From NCBI RefSeq assembly GCF_009914755.1, contig NC_060926.1: a DNA stretch of 64,000 nucleotides; one strand, 5' to 3'. Shown piece by piece: positions 29,993 to 41,460 of the stretch. Both the position numbers and the translations under genes were made by a program. Positions within the stretch are counted from its first letter, which is position 1. Each line of letters opens with the position of its first letter. Under the pieces are notes generated by a model that was not told the origin of the DNA, made no database searches, and worked only from the letters and a program-made list of their open reading frames with translations. This DNA is from the human T2T-CHM13v2.0 reference genome, Homo sapiens.

Positions 29993-30375
29993 TTATATGG
30001 TTTGGCTCTGTGTCCCCACCAAATCTCATGTCAACTTGTGATCCCATGTGTGGAATGAAGAACCTAGTAGAAGGTGATTGGATCATGGAGGTAGATTTTC
30101 CTCTTGCTGTTCTCATGATAGTGAGTGAGCTCTTCCAAGATCTGGTTGTTTAAAAGTGTGTAGCACTTGCCCCTTTGCTCTCTCTCTCCTGCTCTGCCAT
30201 GGTAAGACATACTTGCCTCCCCTTCACCTTCTGCCATGATTGTAAGTTTCCTGAGGCCTCCCCAGTCTTACTTCCTGTACAGCCTGCAGAACTGTGAGTC
30301 ACTTAAACCTGTTTCCTTCATGAATTACCCAGTCTCACGTAGTTCTTTGTAGCAGTGTGAGAATGGACTGATACA
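29993..30375 (+). mobile_element. MaLR solo LTR (MSTA-like)
   Basis: atatggtttggctctgtgtccccacc...gccatgattgtaagtttcctgaggcctcccc...gactgataca; TSD attac/atcac. Confidence 0.92.
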
Positions 30376-30953
30376 ATCACAAACACCAGACTTAATTTTT
30401 ATACTCTTTAACCCAAAGATGCTCTCAAAAAGGTTACCTTTGCTTCAAAAATCAACACACAGAAAACTCCTGGTGTGACTACAGTTGCAGAAGCAATATG
30501 TAAGGGGAAGACCTTTTATGACACTTTACTTTGTACTTTATCTTCTTATGCCTTGGGAAAATTAGTAACAATTTTCCTTGTCAGGATGAGCTATGCACTA
30601 AGAATCATACTGGGAGGAACCAGAAATTTAGTTCTTTTTAGCGTTTGATCATCAAACAGTCCAAGTATCTATGCCTTGTGGTCTTTTGCTGTTGGACTTT
30701 GCCCAGTAGCAGTCAGTGTAAACTTGCCTGTCATAATTAACCAAATTCAGGATAAAGCAGAATTTCTTAATTCTGTGCAATTAAAGTTGTTAAAATATTG
30801 ATATACAAGTAATTGTTTTGTCTTATTTTTGTTCACTTGTTTCTTTGTTGTACCATTGACTAGTGTGGGGAAACCCCCTTAATCCAATGAATTTGATGAT
30901 TGGATTTAAGAATTAAAATCACAACTACCAGATAAAACTGTGAGAGTTTTGCT

Positions 30954-30972
30954 ATGATCCCCCTGGTGGCAC
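30954..30972 (-). promoter_or_regulatory. CTCF-like motif
   Basis: Minus strand GTGCCACCAGGGGGATCAT versus consensus TGGCCACCAGGGGGCGCTA. Confidence 0.45.
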
Positions 30973-32829
30973 TCTTTTTTGGCAACACTTCAAGTATAGA
31001 TTAGCTTAGAAGGAGGCATGTGGCTCTACTATGCTCCAAACCAAACGCTAGTGGAAGACAAGAATGTTTACCTTGTTCTTTATTGTTTTCTCAATTCTGC
31101 TACATGATATAAAAAGAAAAATAATCTTTTTACAAATTCTTGTGGTAATCCTATATGTAATTATATAAATAGCTTTGAAGAAGTCTACTTGATTACCTTC
31201 TTGATTAACACACTAAAAGGTCATCTTATCCTTCCACTACCAAATTGTAAAAGAAAGAGGAAGACAGCACATATGTGTTTAGTGGCCTTATAAATGTGAT
31301 GCCATATCTCGCATTTTTCATGCTCGATTGTGGCAAGACCACAGGGCTGTAGAACAGGACTATGTCGTCTTATGCTTGCTTTATGTATGACCTTAGGCAA
31401 GTTGCTTCCCCTCCTCTTGGCCTCAGTTTCCTTACTCTTACAGCTGCTGGTCCAGTAGGTATTCAGGAAACAGTTTGGAAAATGACTCCTTTCTGCCTTA
31501 AAATATAATGTTTTGGGTGGGCAAAAATGAATGTTCCTTCTTTGGGATCTGGGCCTTCCATCTTAAAAGATCTATTTCCCATCAAATTTTCTATAGTATG
31601 TGCTTATGAGCCTCAGGTGGAAAAACAAGTAGTTAGCCTTTGGAAGGGCTACAGGTATATGCAACCTTCCTGACATATAAATTGTTTTAAAACGGGTTTG
31701 GTGAGACATGAATATACCATTCCAAATTCAAACCCAAACTCAAAATTTGTCTTTTCTGTTTCTTATTTTCCAGGGATTTCCAAGAATAGCCATTTCATAG
31801 TTCAGCTGTGAAATAAAATCCTCATATCACCATCCAGGGATGTTGAACCATAACTAAGGGGAGCTAGAAAATGTACAATTTGCTCTAATGGCTTCCACTA
31901 TGATCTTGTGAGGTTTTTATTATTATTACTATTTTTAGTAATCATCTCGGCAATATAATCAGAGCAAAAAAGATTCTAAAGGCACAAATCAAAGAGGAAT
32001 CTTAGTTTCCAGTAGGAATAGCTTCTCAGTCAGTCGCCTTTCTTCAATCTTCTGGTTTCATGAAAGAGGTGATGTCATAATTTATGATGTTAAGCTGACT
32101 AGTGAAATGTCATTGTAGAAGTGATGTTTTAATTGATGATGTTAGGCTGGTTAGCAAGAAAGTATCAAATGTCACTTTTCTGACATAAACTGGCAGTTAC
32201 GATTATATAATATCAATTATTCTTTGGAAAACTGCATTAGATCAGTTAGAGCTGAACCAATTTAGTTTAAGCAGGTTCATATTTTTTTTTTCTTAGCTGC
32301 TCATCCAGTCCTAATTATTAGGTGTAAAATACACTTTGGACATAGTTTAGACTTTGATAATGTCCTCTTTGGAAAGGTAATAGGTGTCTTACATGGCCTT
32401 TGTGTTCCAAAAGAGGTACAAGCAAAGTCTGTAATGACCTTCCTGAAAGGAGGCTGCACCTTGAATTGCTTTAGCAAATCATCCTCCTCCCAAATTACAA
32501 CTCTTGGAATTATTTTAATTGTTAATTGCAATTGTTAATTCCTTCACATTGTGAAGGAATAGTTTTTAAAAAGTCATAGCTTATTTTGGTTTTCTATGCA
32601 TGTCAGCTGCTAAGTTAATTTAAATTTAACCATAAAATACTAAGCACACTTGCCTCTGCCCGTTCCTTTGCTTTACTAGTAAAAAGAAAAAAAAAAGAAG
32701 TGAAGAAACATTTTCTCAGATTCTTTCTCCTTTACTAGGACATCATTTTGAAAATGTGATGAGTTAGTTAGAAGGATATAGGAACTCACAACTCAAAAAC
32801 TGAATGATAAAATTAATATTAATAACAAA

Positions 32830-32985
32830 TACCATGATATCAATAGCTACTATTTGTTGCAATTGCTATATCCAGGCACTGTGCTAATCCTGTAGATGCA
32901 GTCCCTTATTTATTCCTCACAACAAATCTGTGAACTAGATATGGTTGGTATCATTTTTCATAGGAGAAAAAAGGAGGCTTACAAG
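32830..32985 (-). mobile_element. MIR SINE fragment
   Basis: ccaggcactgtgctaa...tttattcctcacaacaaatctgtga. Confidence 0.65.
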
Positions 32986-33224
32986 TACTTTGGCATGAAT
33001 CAGAAAATAAACATTTTATAAATGTTAAGTATTTTCAGGAGTATTAGTATCATTTGGTGGGAGGTAATCATGGCGAAATACATCAATGGAGGGAGTCACC
33101 TTTCTCAACCTCTGTCATCATTATACCCAAGGTGAAGCATGGCAGCTGAGTCCCAGTGTGAAGGTTCAGTGCTAGCAGAAAGAAGAGCAAGGAGAAGTTG
33201 GTGAAGCTGGGGCAAAGTGAGGAT

Positions 33225-33362
33225 ATGTGTGCGTGCAGGTGTGTATGTTTGTACATAAATTTGCATGTGCATGTTTGTGTGCATGTATGTATGCACAGGT
33301 GTGTGCAAATGTAGACTTGTATGTACACGTTTGTGCACATGTACGTACATGTGTGTGCACCT
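33225..33362. repeat. Degenerate alternating purine-pyrimidine (TG/TA/CA) tract
   Basis: atgtgtgcgtgcaggtgtgtatg...cacatgtacgtacatgtgtgtgcac. Confidence 0.85.
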
Positions 33363-35359
33363 ATGTTTGGGGAGTGGGAACCAGGATGGGGAGGAAGTAT
33401 AGAGTAGTGCCAATACAGGAGTGATATCAGCCTCCTTGAACATATCTAGTGCAACCTGACAATCTGGTACAGATTTAAAAACAGGCCATCGCTCTAGAGG
33501 AGAGTCCAGGAGGTGCCATGTTGAGCTTGGCATTAACTGTCCAATTTCTGGATTTTGGGCTGGTCCAGCAGGGTAGACTTATGGGAGAGGGGTCAGAAGG
33601 ACTAAGGCAGGAGGTAGGCTCTGAGGGGGTGGTGTATACTTACCACATGGCACAGCTGTATTTCAAAAACTGAATAGCAGATACGGTCCTACCATTCAAA
33701 GCTGAGGACATAAACTCATAGATTATTGGCCTTCTCTTGTCCCTCCCATATCTCCTATTTCCAGTTCTATCCACACTTACTCCAAAGTGAGCTGCCTTCT
33801 TTCCACTGCTATAGAAGGGATTTCCTCCAAAACATTGAGCTCATAGCTTTTTTTCAAACACTTCAATTCTAGAGGACTGCTTTCCTTCTTACAGGTATTA
33901 TGCCTTTTTGTGGGTGTGTGTGTGTGTGAAAACTAGAAAAAATTCAAACCTGGGGCTGAATGAGTCCATTGGAATCACAGAGGAATGTGAAGTTTTAAGA
34001 CAATATCAGACATTCTAGAACTTGGGTGAAAGGTTTTCACATTCCCTCTCAGGCTCTGTCAAGCCACATAACAAAAATAAATTGATCAATAAATGTGTCA
34101 AATGAGAAAACATCACATTCTTGTCCTTGGCAGCATTGTATGGCTTCATGATACTTCTTCATGGCAGATTATTGTATGTGCCTCGGTCCAAGTCTCTTCC
34201 CTTTGTTCTCTTCTCCTTCTCTACCTTGGTTTCACCTTGTTTTAGGAGCAAAGCCAACCTATTTCATTTGGAATCTGATGAAAAGACAGAAATGGTTCCT
34301 GGGATTTTGAACTTTCCTCTCTTACTCCAACCTACAAGAGAGGCAACTCCGGAGGACGTAGGACAAATAACAACTAACACTTGTCTAGTGCTTTGTGATT
34401 TTGCAAAGTGCTTTTATGGATAAACTCACTGTTTCTTACAACAGCTTTGTAACATCATGATTATTGTTTCCCCTGACAGAAAACAAAATGTCTCAAATAA
34501 GTTAAGCAAACAGCTTATAGGTTTTCTGAGATACCATGATGTCTCCAATGTAATGTGGGATTTTTTAACCTATCTTCACTCTGGTTATTAGGAGAAATCC
34601 TCAGCACCCATGCCAGGACTCTAAAATCCTGTAGGCTTGAACGTTTCCTTGTTTTAAATAATGACCACGACTCTCTTGCTCACTCACTCACTCCAGTTCT
34701 AATGGGGACTTGAAGTCAGTGGGTTAATGCTTTTTCCTCTTTCCCTTTTTCTATCCCAGGAAATAAATACCTTTTTGAGATATGTTTTATTGAACAAATG
34801 CTGATTGAGCATCTATTATGTGCCAAACACTGTCCTGTGGCTTGGAATATGATTGTTAGCCAAATCATGCCTTTCTAGAGTTTGCATTCTCATGGAGTGA
34901 GGCCTAAAAAAATTTTAATAATGAATTGTGGCACTAGGTGTTCTATGACAGTTCTTTTCATTAGAAACAAGTCACTAGGTTTAGCTCACAAACAAGGAGA
35001 GAGGATTACACTGGGCATGTGTACCAGTAGTTGGTGGTCTTTGGAAGCCATTTTAAAGAGATTTCTATAAAAGGATCTGAGCATGTCTCTCAGAGGCCCA
35101 AAATATCCTCCCCCAACAATAACATTCTTAATAAATAAAATCTACAAGCCAACTTCTGCCTTCATATGATGATTTTCTGTGCCTCATACCTTCAAGTTCT
35201 ATCTCTTAATTTCTACTATGAAACAAGAAACTAAAGACTTGAGGTGTTACCCTTTTGAGGGTTAATTTCCTCTCCACAAGGGTTTTCCACATCTGAAAAT
35301 CTTTTTATTAGATAACTCTTAAGCATCATATCTGATCTTCTAAGCCACACCTATATCCT

Positions 35360-35836
35360 GTGGCAGCCACTGTTGCAACCAACAGTTCTGTGTAGGCTCC
35401 AGTGAGTTTCCAGTAGGTACGGTTTTGCTTCAGGCCCAAAATGCACACCTCTTGCCTCCGGCAGGTGTGGAGTTTCTTTACTGATGTCACTGCATTGAGA
35501 ACTATAGAAACTTAGTGTTCAAGAATATGCATCCTGAAAGTGAGAGTGCTTAATACCAGGTTAGAAGAAATGTTCACCAATGGGGACTGGAAGTCAATGG
35601 GTAAATGCTTCTTCATTTGACTTTTCCTGCCTCAGGAACATTTTGCAAAGCATTTCATTCTGCTTCTCAGATGAGCTCACAGGACTGAGCAACTGGTCAC
35701 CCATGGTGATATACTTGCATGGGCTCTCCCTCCTCCCTTGTTTTATTCTGGTTCCCTGGAACTACGTTTCCAGATAAATTACTCACACATGGCCTTTTTC
35801 TTACACTTTGCTTCTTATGGAATCTAGGTGAAAACA
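35360..35836 (+). mobile_element. Old ERVL solo LTR (LTR40/41-like)
   Basis: tgtggcagcc start; caatggggactggaagtcaatgggtaaatgctt; ttccctggaactacgtttccagataaattact; ends aaaca. Confidence 0.5.
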
Positions 35837-36547
35837 GCCTTTAAGGTTTAATGCTTCAAAAAAGAGTGAAATCAATGCATTTCTGATGATGAGATTCTGT
35901 GCTATATACAATACACCTAAGCTTCAGTAGTTACAATGGCATTTTATGAGGTATGTGACTTACATGATGTTGCCCATGCTTGGCACTGGAATATTCATTC
36001 TCATAGTCAGTTACCACACTGGGTTCATGCATTTCTATTATGGTAGTTAGAGGGTTTTTAAAATTTGAGCCATATAAAATGAAGATGATAATAACAACAA
36101 AAACAATGAGTAAGACTCACTCTATAATGATAATCATATGATGTTTTGTAAGTATTTATACATATGCACTTATTCTGGGCAAAGTTCTCAGGATGGACAC
36201 CAGCAATGACATTTGGTACAGGCTGAAACTCAGGGGCAGAAGGGTCAGTAGGTCCTGAGTTCTCTACTCACCCTGCAGGGCTGTGCTTGGCCAGGGAAGC
36301 TACTGGATGTACCATGAAGCAATTACTCTGTTGAAGGAATCTCAATCTCTACTGCTATCCCTTTTTATAAGGCTATTGTGTGAGAATACTTAGCTTAGGA
36401 CCAGTGTTTTTAAGGATGTTCTGAAAAAAATATAGATGACCAGCATCTGGAAATCTTAGGGTTTCTGGTTACTTAGGAAGTGATTTGGGTGTAGTCTCTC
36501 ATGCAGTCTCAGACCCCCCTACCAAAGAAGGAGCCCATTAGTCACAG

Positions 36548-36600
36548 CTAGGTCATTTTAAGGGAAGCCAAGGTCATTGTCAGAGAGCTCCAAGGTCATT
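36548..36600 (+). promoter_or_regulatory. Cluster of three AGGTCATT nuclear-receptor half-sites
   Basis: ctaggtcatt, ccaaggtcatt, ccaaggtcatt. Confidence 0.35.
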
Positions 36601-37377
36601 TATTAGAAAATCCTACCCACCTCTTTACAAAATATAACAGATACACAGTGGGCTTGGGTGATGATTTTCTACTTCCTCACAATTTAGGATTTAGTGATAA
36701 CTTTTAGCCAGTGTGGTCAAGAGAACATTCCTGAACTGCTTCTCATTCTTTATTTGCCAAATTTGGCTCCTATCCCACATCATTTACAACTCTTGGTTGG
36801 GCAAGGTATGCTTCTGGTTTCAAAGGCTTTATTATTGAGTGTTATTCTTCCTTAGGCCCTTCACAAGAGCAGAGTCATCAAGTTGAGTCCTCATCAAATG
36901 GTTTTCATGGAAATCTTTGCCTGCATCCGTCATCCTCTGTGGACTGCTAGCTGTGGCTGGCTCTAGGAGGTTGCTGTACCTCTCTAGCTCTTAAAGCCAT
37001 CCTGCAATGTCTGCCTTCTCCATTGCTGGATTAATAGGTTATCCTATGGACTTTGAAATAGGCTTGCTTGGTGGGTATTGGAGCCATGCAGGAAAAAAAG
37101 GACATTAAAACATTTCTTTTACAAAAAAATTTTTTTTGCTTGCATTTGGAATCGAAAATAAGTTTTTTCAATTCCAAAATTGAAAACTTTTTGTACTATG
37201 ACAAGGTACTCTCTATGAATAACACCATTAAATTCCCTGTCAGCTACCCTGGCATAAGAGGAGATCCAAGGTGTTACCATTTCATTTCATTGCTTTGTAG
37301 GTTTCACTAGGTAACAAGATAAACATGTCATGTTAGGGCAGCGATATTGTGGGCACCTGAGAGATCTTCTCAGTTCC

Positions 37378-37878
37378 TTTGGTAGGAAAGCTTCTAAAAT
37401 GGCCCCAGTGATCTCTGCCTCCTGGCATCTCTGTCCTTCTATAGACTCCTTCCCTTGTATTTGGTCTGAAGCTAGTGACTCGCTTCTAATGCAGAAGTGA
37501 TGGTGACTTCCATCTGGAAGGCACCCTCTCTTTTCTCTTCATTTTGCTTTCTTTGATGAAGCAGGCTCCCATATTAGAGCACGTGACATCATATGGCAAA
37601 GACTTGAAGGAGGTCTCCAACCAACACCCAGCAAGGAAAGAAACCCCCAGCCCAACAGCCACGAGGAACTGAATCCTGCTGACAACTGAGACAGTCAGCT
37701 AGAAAGCACATCTTTTCTGTTAAAGATGAGAGGACCACAGGCCTGGCTGACAAGTTGATTGCCTCCTGAGAGAGACCCTAAAGCTGAAGACCCAGCTCAT
37801 CCAGCCCAGATTCCTTATCCACAGCTAAATAAATAGTTTTGGGGTACTTCATTACACTGCAATCGGTAACGAATGCAG
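37378..37878 (+). mobile_element. MaLR solo LTR (MLT1E/F/G-like)
   Basis: ttctaaaatggccccagtgatctctgcctcctgg...gaggaactgaatcctgc...tttggggtacttcattacactgcaatcggtaacgaatgca. Confidence 0.8.
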
Positions 37879-39045
37879 TCCGGCTCCAATTACAGGGGTT
37901 AGGAAGCTGTCTCTCTTTTGTGAGGCATTGCAACAGCATCCTCTGGTCATAATGCCCAGGAAATGTCTGTAATCTATGATCTCCTTTGAATGCAGGCAGC
38001 CATTTTCCACTCCTGGATTACTAAGCAACATTCAACCTGTCAGAAACTAGGGCATACAAATTCTATTATAGCCACTATATTTAACACAAGAGCCTGGATA
38101 ATAAGGTCAGAGACGTATTTTAGAGCCTTAGCCTGGCATCACATCTTTTCTGGACTAAGGGCATTTTATACGGTTCTGATTGAAAATAGCAGTTATTTTT
38201 CCCCCTGATCGGTTATCTTTACTGAAAATGCACATTGCTGCCGCTCCTGACAAGGAGGACTTGTATTAGACACCGTGGGCTTGCACCTGAATACCCGAGT
38301 GATGCATTACATGAATATAATTTACATAATGAGCCAGGCAAAAGGCATGTGTTAGAGTGTACATGCTTGTCAACATTTAAAAATATTGCAGTCTTGACAG
38401 AGAGCTGCCTCTCAGAGTGAAGAAAAGAGTGATACTTATCCCTCTAGCCTTCAAACTCTTATCTGTTGCCATGCCACAAATATTACTCATGGAGGAAATT
38501 CAGATAATTCACACCAAGAAATAAACCTGTTATAGGTTCAAATGTTTATAAAACTAGCATATTGGACTTATCTGGCTACCTTAGAGCAGATATTTTTTTC
38601 TAATTTTTCAATAAATATGAAAGATTAAATTCAAGCACCAAGTGAATTTTATGGTTAAGTCACAATTTATAAGTGGGCATTAATTAACATCAGATAAAAA
38701 TGAGATTCCTAAGGAATTACATTTTGCCTTCTCATTAGTGGCTGTTTTGTCACTATAAACCTTGCTAGAATGAATAATTGAGAAATTATAATAAATAACT
38801 ATATTATAGGAAGGTCCTGGGATAATGAAAACTACAGTGTTTGGCACAAGTTTTAGTCAATAACCTCTAGATCTGGGTCACATGCCATCCCTTTGGCTAC
38901 CTCTATAACCTAAAGATTGATTAGGCTCTAACAATTAAACTTGAGTTTCAGGATTATTTTAACTTTTTATCAGGTTTGAACTTCTGAGATCAGGTAAAAT
39001 GAGCTCTAGAGATTCAGGTGGAGTTTTCAGATTACTGGTAGTTTT

Positions 39046-39384
39046 TTTGTTTTGTTTTGTTTTGTTGTTTTTTTTTTGAGACAGGGTCTCACTGTTTCAC
39101 GCAGGCTGGAGTGCAGTGACACAATCACAGCTCACTGCAGCCTTGACTTCTTGGGCTTAAGTGATCCTCTCACCTCAGCCTCCTGAGTTGCTGGGACTGT
39201 AGGCATGCACCACCATGTCTAGCTAATTTTTAAATTTTTTTCTTTTTCTTTTTTTTATAGAAACAGATACTCACTATATTGCCCAGATTGGTCTCTAACT
39301 CTTGGGCTCAAGTGATCCTCTCCCACTTTCCACCTCAGCCTTGCAAAGTGCTAGGATTACAGGAGTGAACCACCATGCCCAACC
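39046..39384 (-). mobile_element. AluJ, full length, with 13-bp TSD
   Basis: AluJ-type cacagctcactgcagccttgac...gggctcaagtgatcctc; tactggtagtttt at 39033-39045 and 39385-39397. Confidence 0.95.
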
Positions 39385-41227
39385 TACTGGTAGTTTTAAA
39401 TAAACTTGCTAGTGGACTTGAATCAAATGCATACCACATCAACCGAAAAGTGAAATATTTCCTAGTTTGCTTTTTCCCCCATATTTTGAGATTTAGGGAT
39501 TTACTGTTATGATATCAAAATGTATCTCCTTGATAGAAGAAAACAATATACAAAAATGGCTATTTTGCTCCTTAAAAATTCCACCCAACTCCATCTCCCC
39601 AAGGTATACCTTGTTTTTATTAATTCCACCTTTTTAAAAGGCAATACAATTTATAAAATAAATACTTTTATTGTACCTTTAAAATTTTTAGTTCTTGTCC
39701 TAAATAAAGTGTTTAGAGGTATCTTTTGATACTGCAAGTACTACTGTTACCTTGATCTAGTCACTAAGTATTAATAAGTGCAGCACCAGACCAAGGGCCA
39801 CATCATCAGCTTTCCAGGCTGACTCCTGTACCTCAAATAAGGAGGCCAAGAATGCAAAAGGAATAAAAAAATTCTGACATGCTGCAGCATTTATTTGCCC
39901 TATAACCTACTGACCTAGACAGGTTTTCTGGGGTAGGAAAGCATAAGCCAAATGCTGACCTAAATGGAACCTATCAATCCTGCTCGAACGTTAGCCAGCT
40001 AGTAATTACCTTACACAGTAACGGTTGAAATGCCAAAAGAATAAAAAGGCCTTTCCTTTTGGAATGAAAGGTGGTCACCTGTACTTTCTGGAGGATGTGG
40101 CCCTTACCAGTCTCTGGTGCTACCCTGCAAGTGGACAATGATGGCATTGATAAGTGGGGCTTCCCCTAGCCTGCTGGCTTTCTCTCTTGACCTTCACTTC
40201 CAGTGTGTTCCCACTTCAGGTCCTTGCATTAGAAGTTGCTTTTGCTAGAAGGCTCTTTCTCACTGTTCTTCAGATGATCTTCATTTGGCTGGCCTCTTTC
40301 ATTTAAGGATCCATTCAAAGGCTACTCTCTGTGATTAACCATTCAAACTTTTCAGTTACCTTTGAGTTTTGGGTGGATGCATTTCTTGAGTCTCAAATCG
40401 CAAATCCATTATTTACTAGCTACGTAAACTTAGACAACTTATTAAGACTATCTGTACTATAATTGTAGATGGATGTATTTATGTTTATCCTTCATTATTC
40501 CAAAAATGATTTAAGATAACAAAGTCTGTTTATATTATTTGGGTGTTTCCCATTTGTAGTACCTTGACATTTCTCTTTTTCTTCTCAATGGCCATAATTC
40601 TTCTCAATAACCATAGAGAAAGGGGACTTTTTCTATCTTAAGATAGAATGGAGAATAAGAGAATTGAGGCAAAGTCTTAACAGGTCTGGTAAAAAGGATG
40701 TTCTATCGTTGAACTCTAAAAATATTCATTTACCTTAGATTGCATACCTTTCTCTGAATTAAACAGCCCAATCAGTATGTAGAATACCAAGACAAAAAAA
40801 TATCTAAACACACAGAGCCAAGAGGTTTCTGGATAATGAAAGAAATGTAGAACTTCTTTTAGGATTAGGATATTTTTTTTTAGAAATGCAGTGTGATTAT
40901 GATGTTCAAATCCCCAATTTAAGAAAGATGAGGTAGGTGATACTACTATGTCCTTTGTTAGATAAAGAAAATAGTGACAACAATAAAAGGATTTTATAAT
41001 TTAGGTTTTAAAATCCCATTGAGATGATATGGTTTTACCTGATAACCTCAGCTACATATCTGACCAGCTGCAATTATCTATTTCGTATGAGTAAATACAT
41101 TCCTTCTTTACATTTGTCCCATGTAAGAAATCCCCACCCACTAGAATGATTTTGTGACACAGTGACCTATTGAACGGAGACTCCCTTTAAAACTGCACGT
41201 TCCATTGCATGTCTTCAACCTTTATCT

Positions 41228-41392
41228 AGGGCTGTCATTCTCTTTGTAGACTGCACATTAAAGTTACCCGGGGAGCTTTTAAAATATGTCCATGCCTGAA
41301 TCCTAACCACAGAAATCCCAATTTAATTGTTCTGTGGTAGAATCCAGGCAATGGTATTTTAAGAACACCTCACTAAGGTGCAGCCAGGTTGT
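41228..41392. mobile_element. MER5-like hAT-Charlie MITE
   Basis: ctgcacattaaagttacccggggagcttttaaaat...atttaattgttctgtggtagaatccaggca...gtgcagccaggttg. Confidence 0.7.
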
Positions 41393-41404
41393 GCAACATT
41401 TTGT

Positions 41405-41460
41405 GCACAGCCAGGTTGATGATTTTATTTTCGCACAGCCAGGTTGATGATTTTATTTCT
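41405..41460 (+). repeat. 28-bp tandem duplication
   Basis: gcacagccaggttgatgattttattt occurs twice back to back. Confidence 0.95.

Noticed and set aside
33083-33533. His/Thr/Cys-rich overlapping ORFs
   Set aside because: Translation artefacts of the degenerate (TG)n tract.
41378-41460. CRISPR-like repeat
   Set aside because: Adjacent tandem copies without unique spacers, in mammalian DNA with no cas genes.
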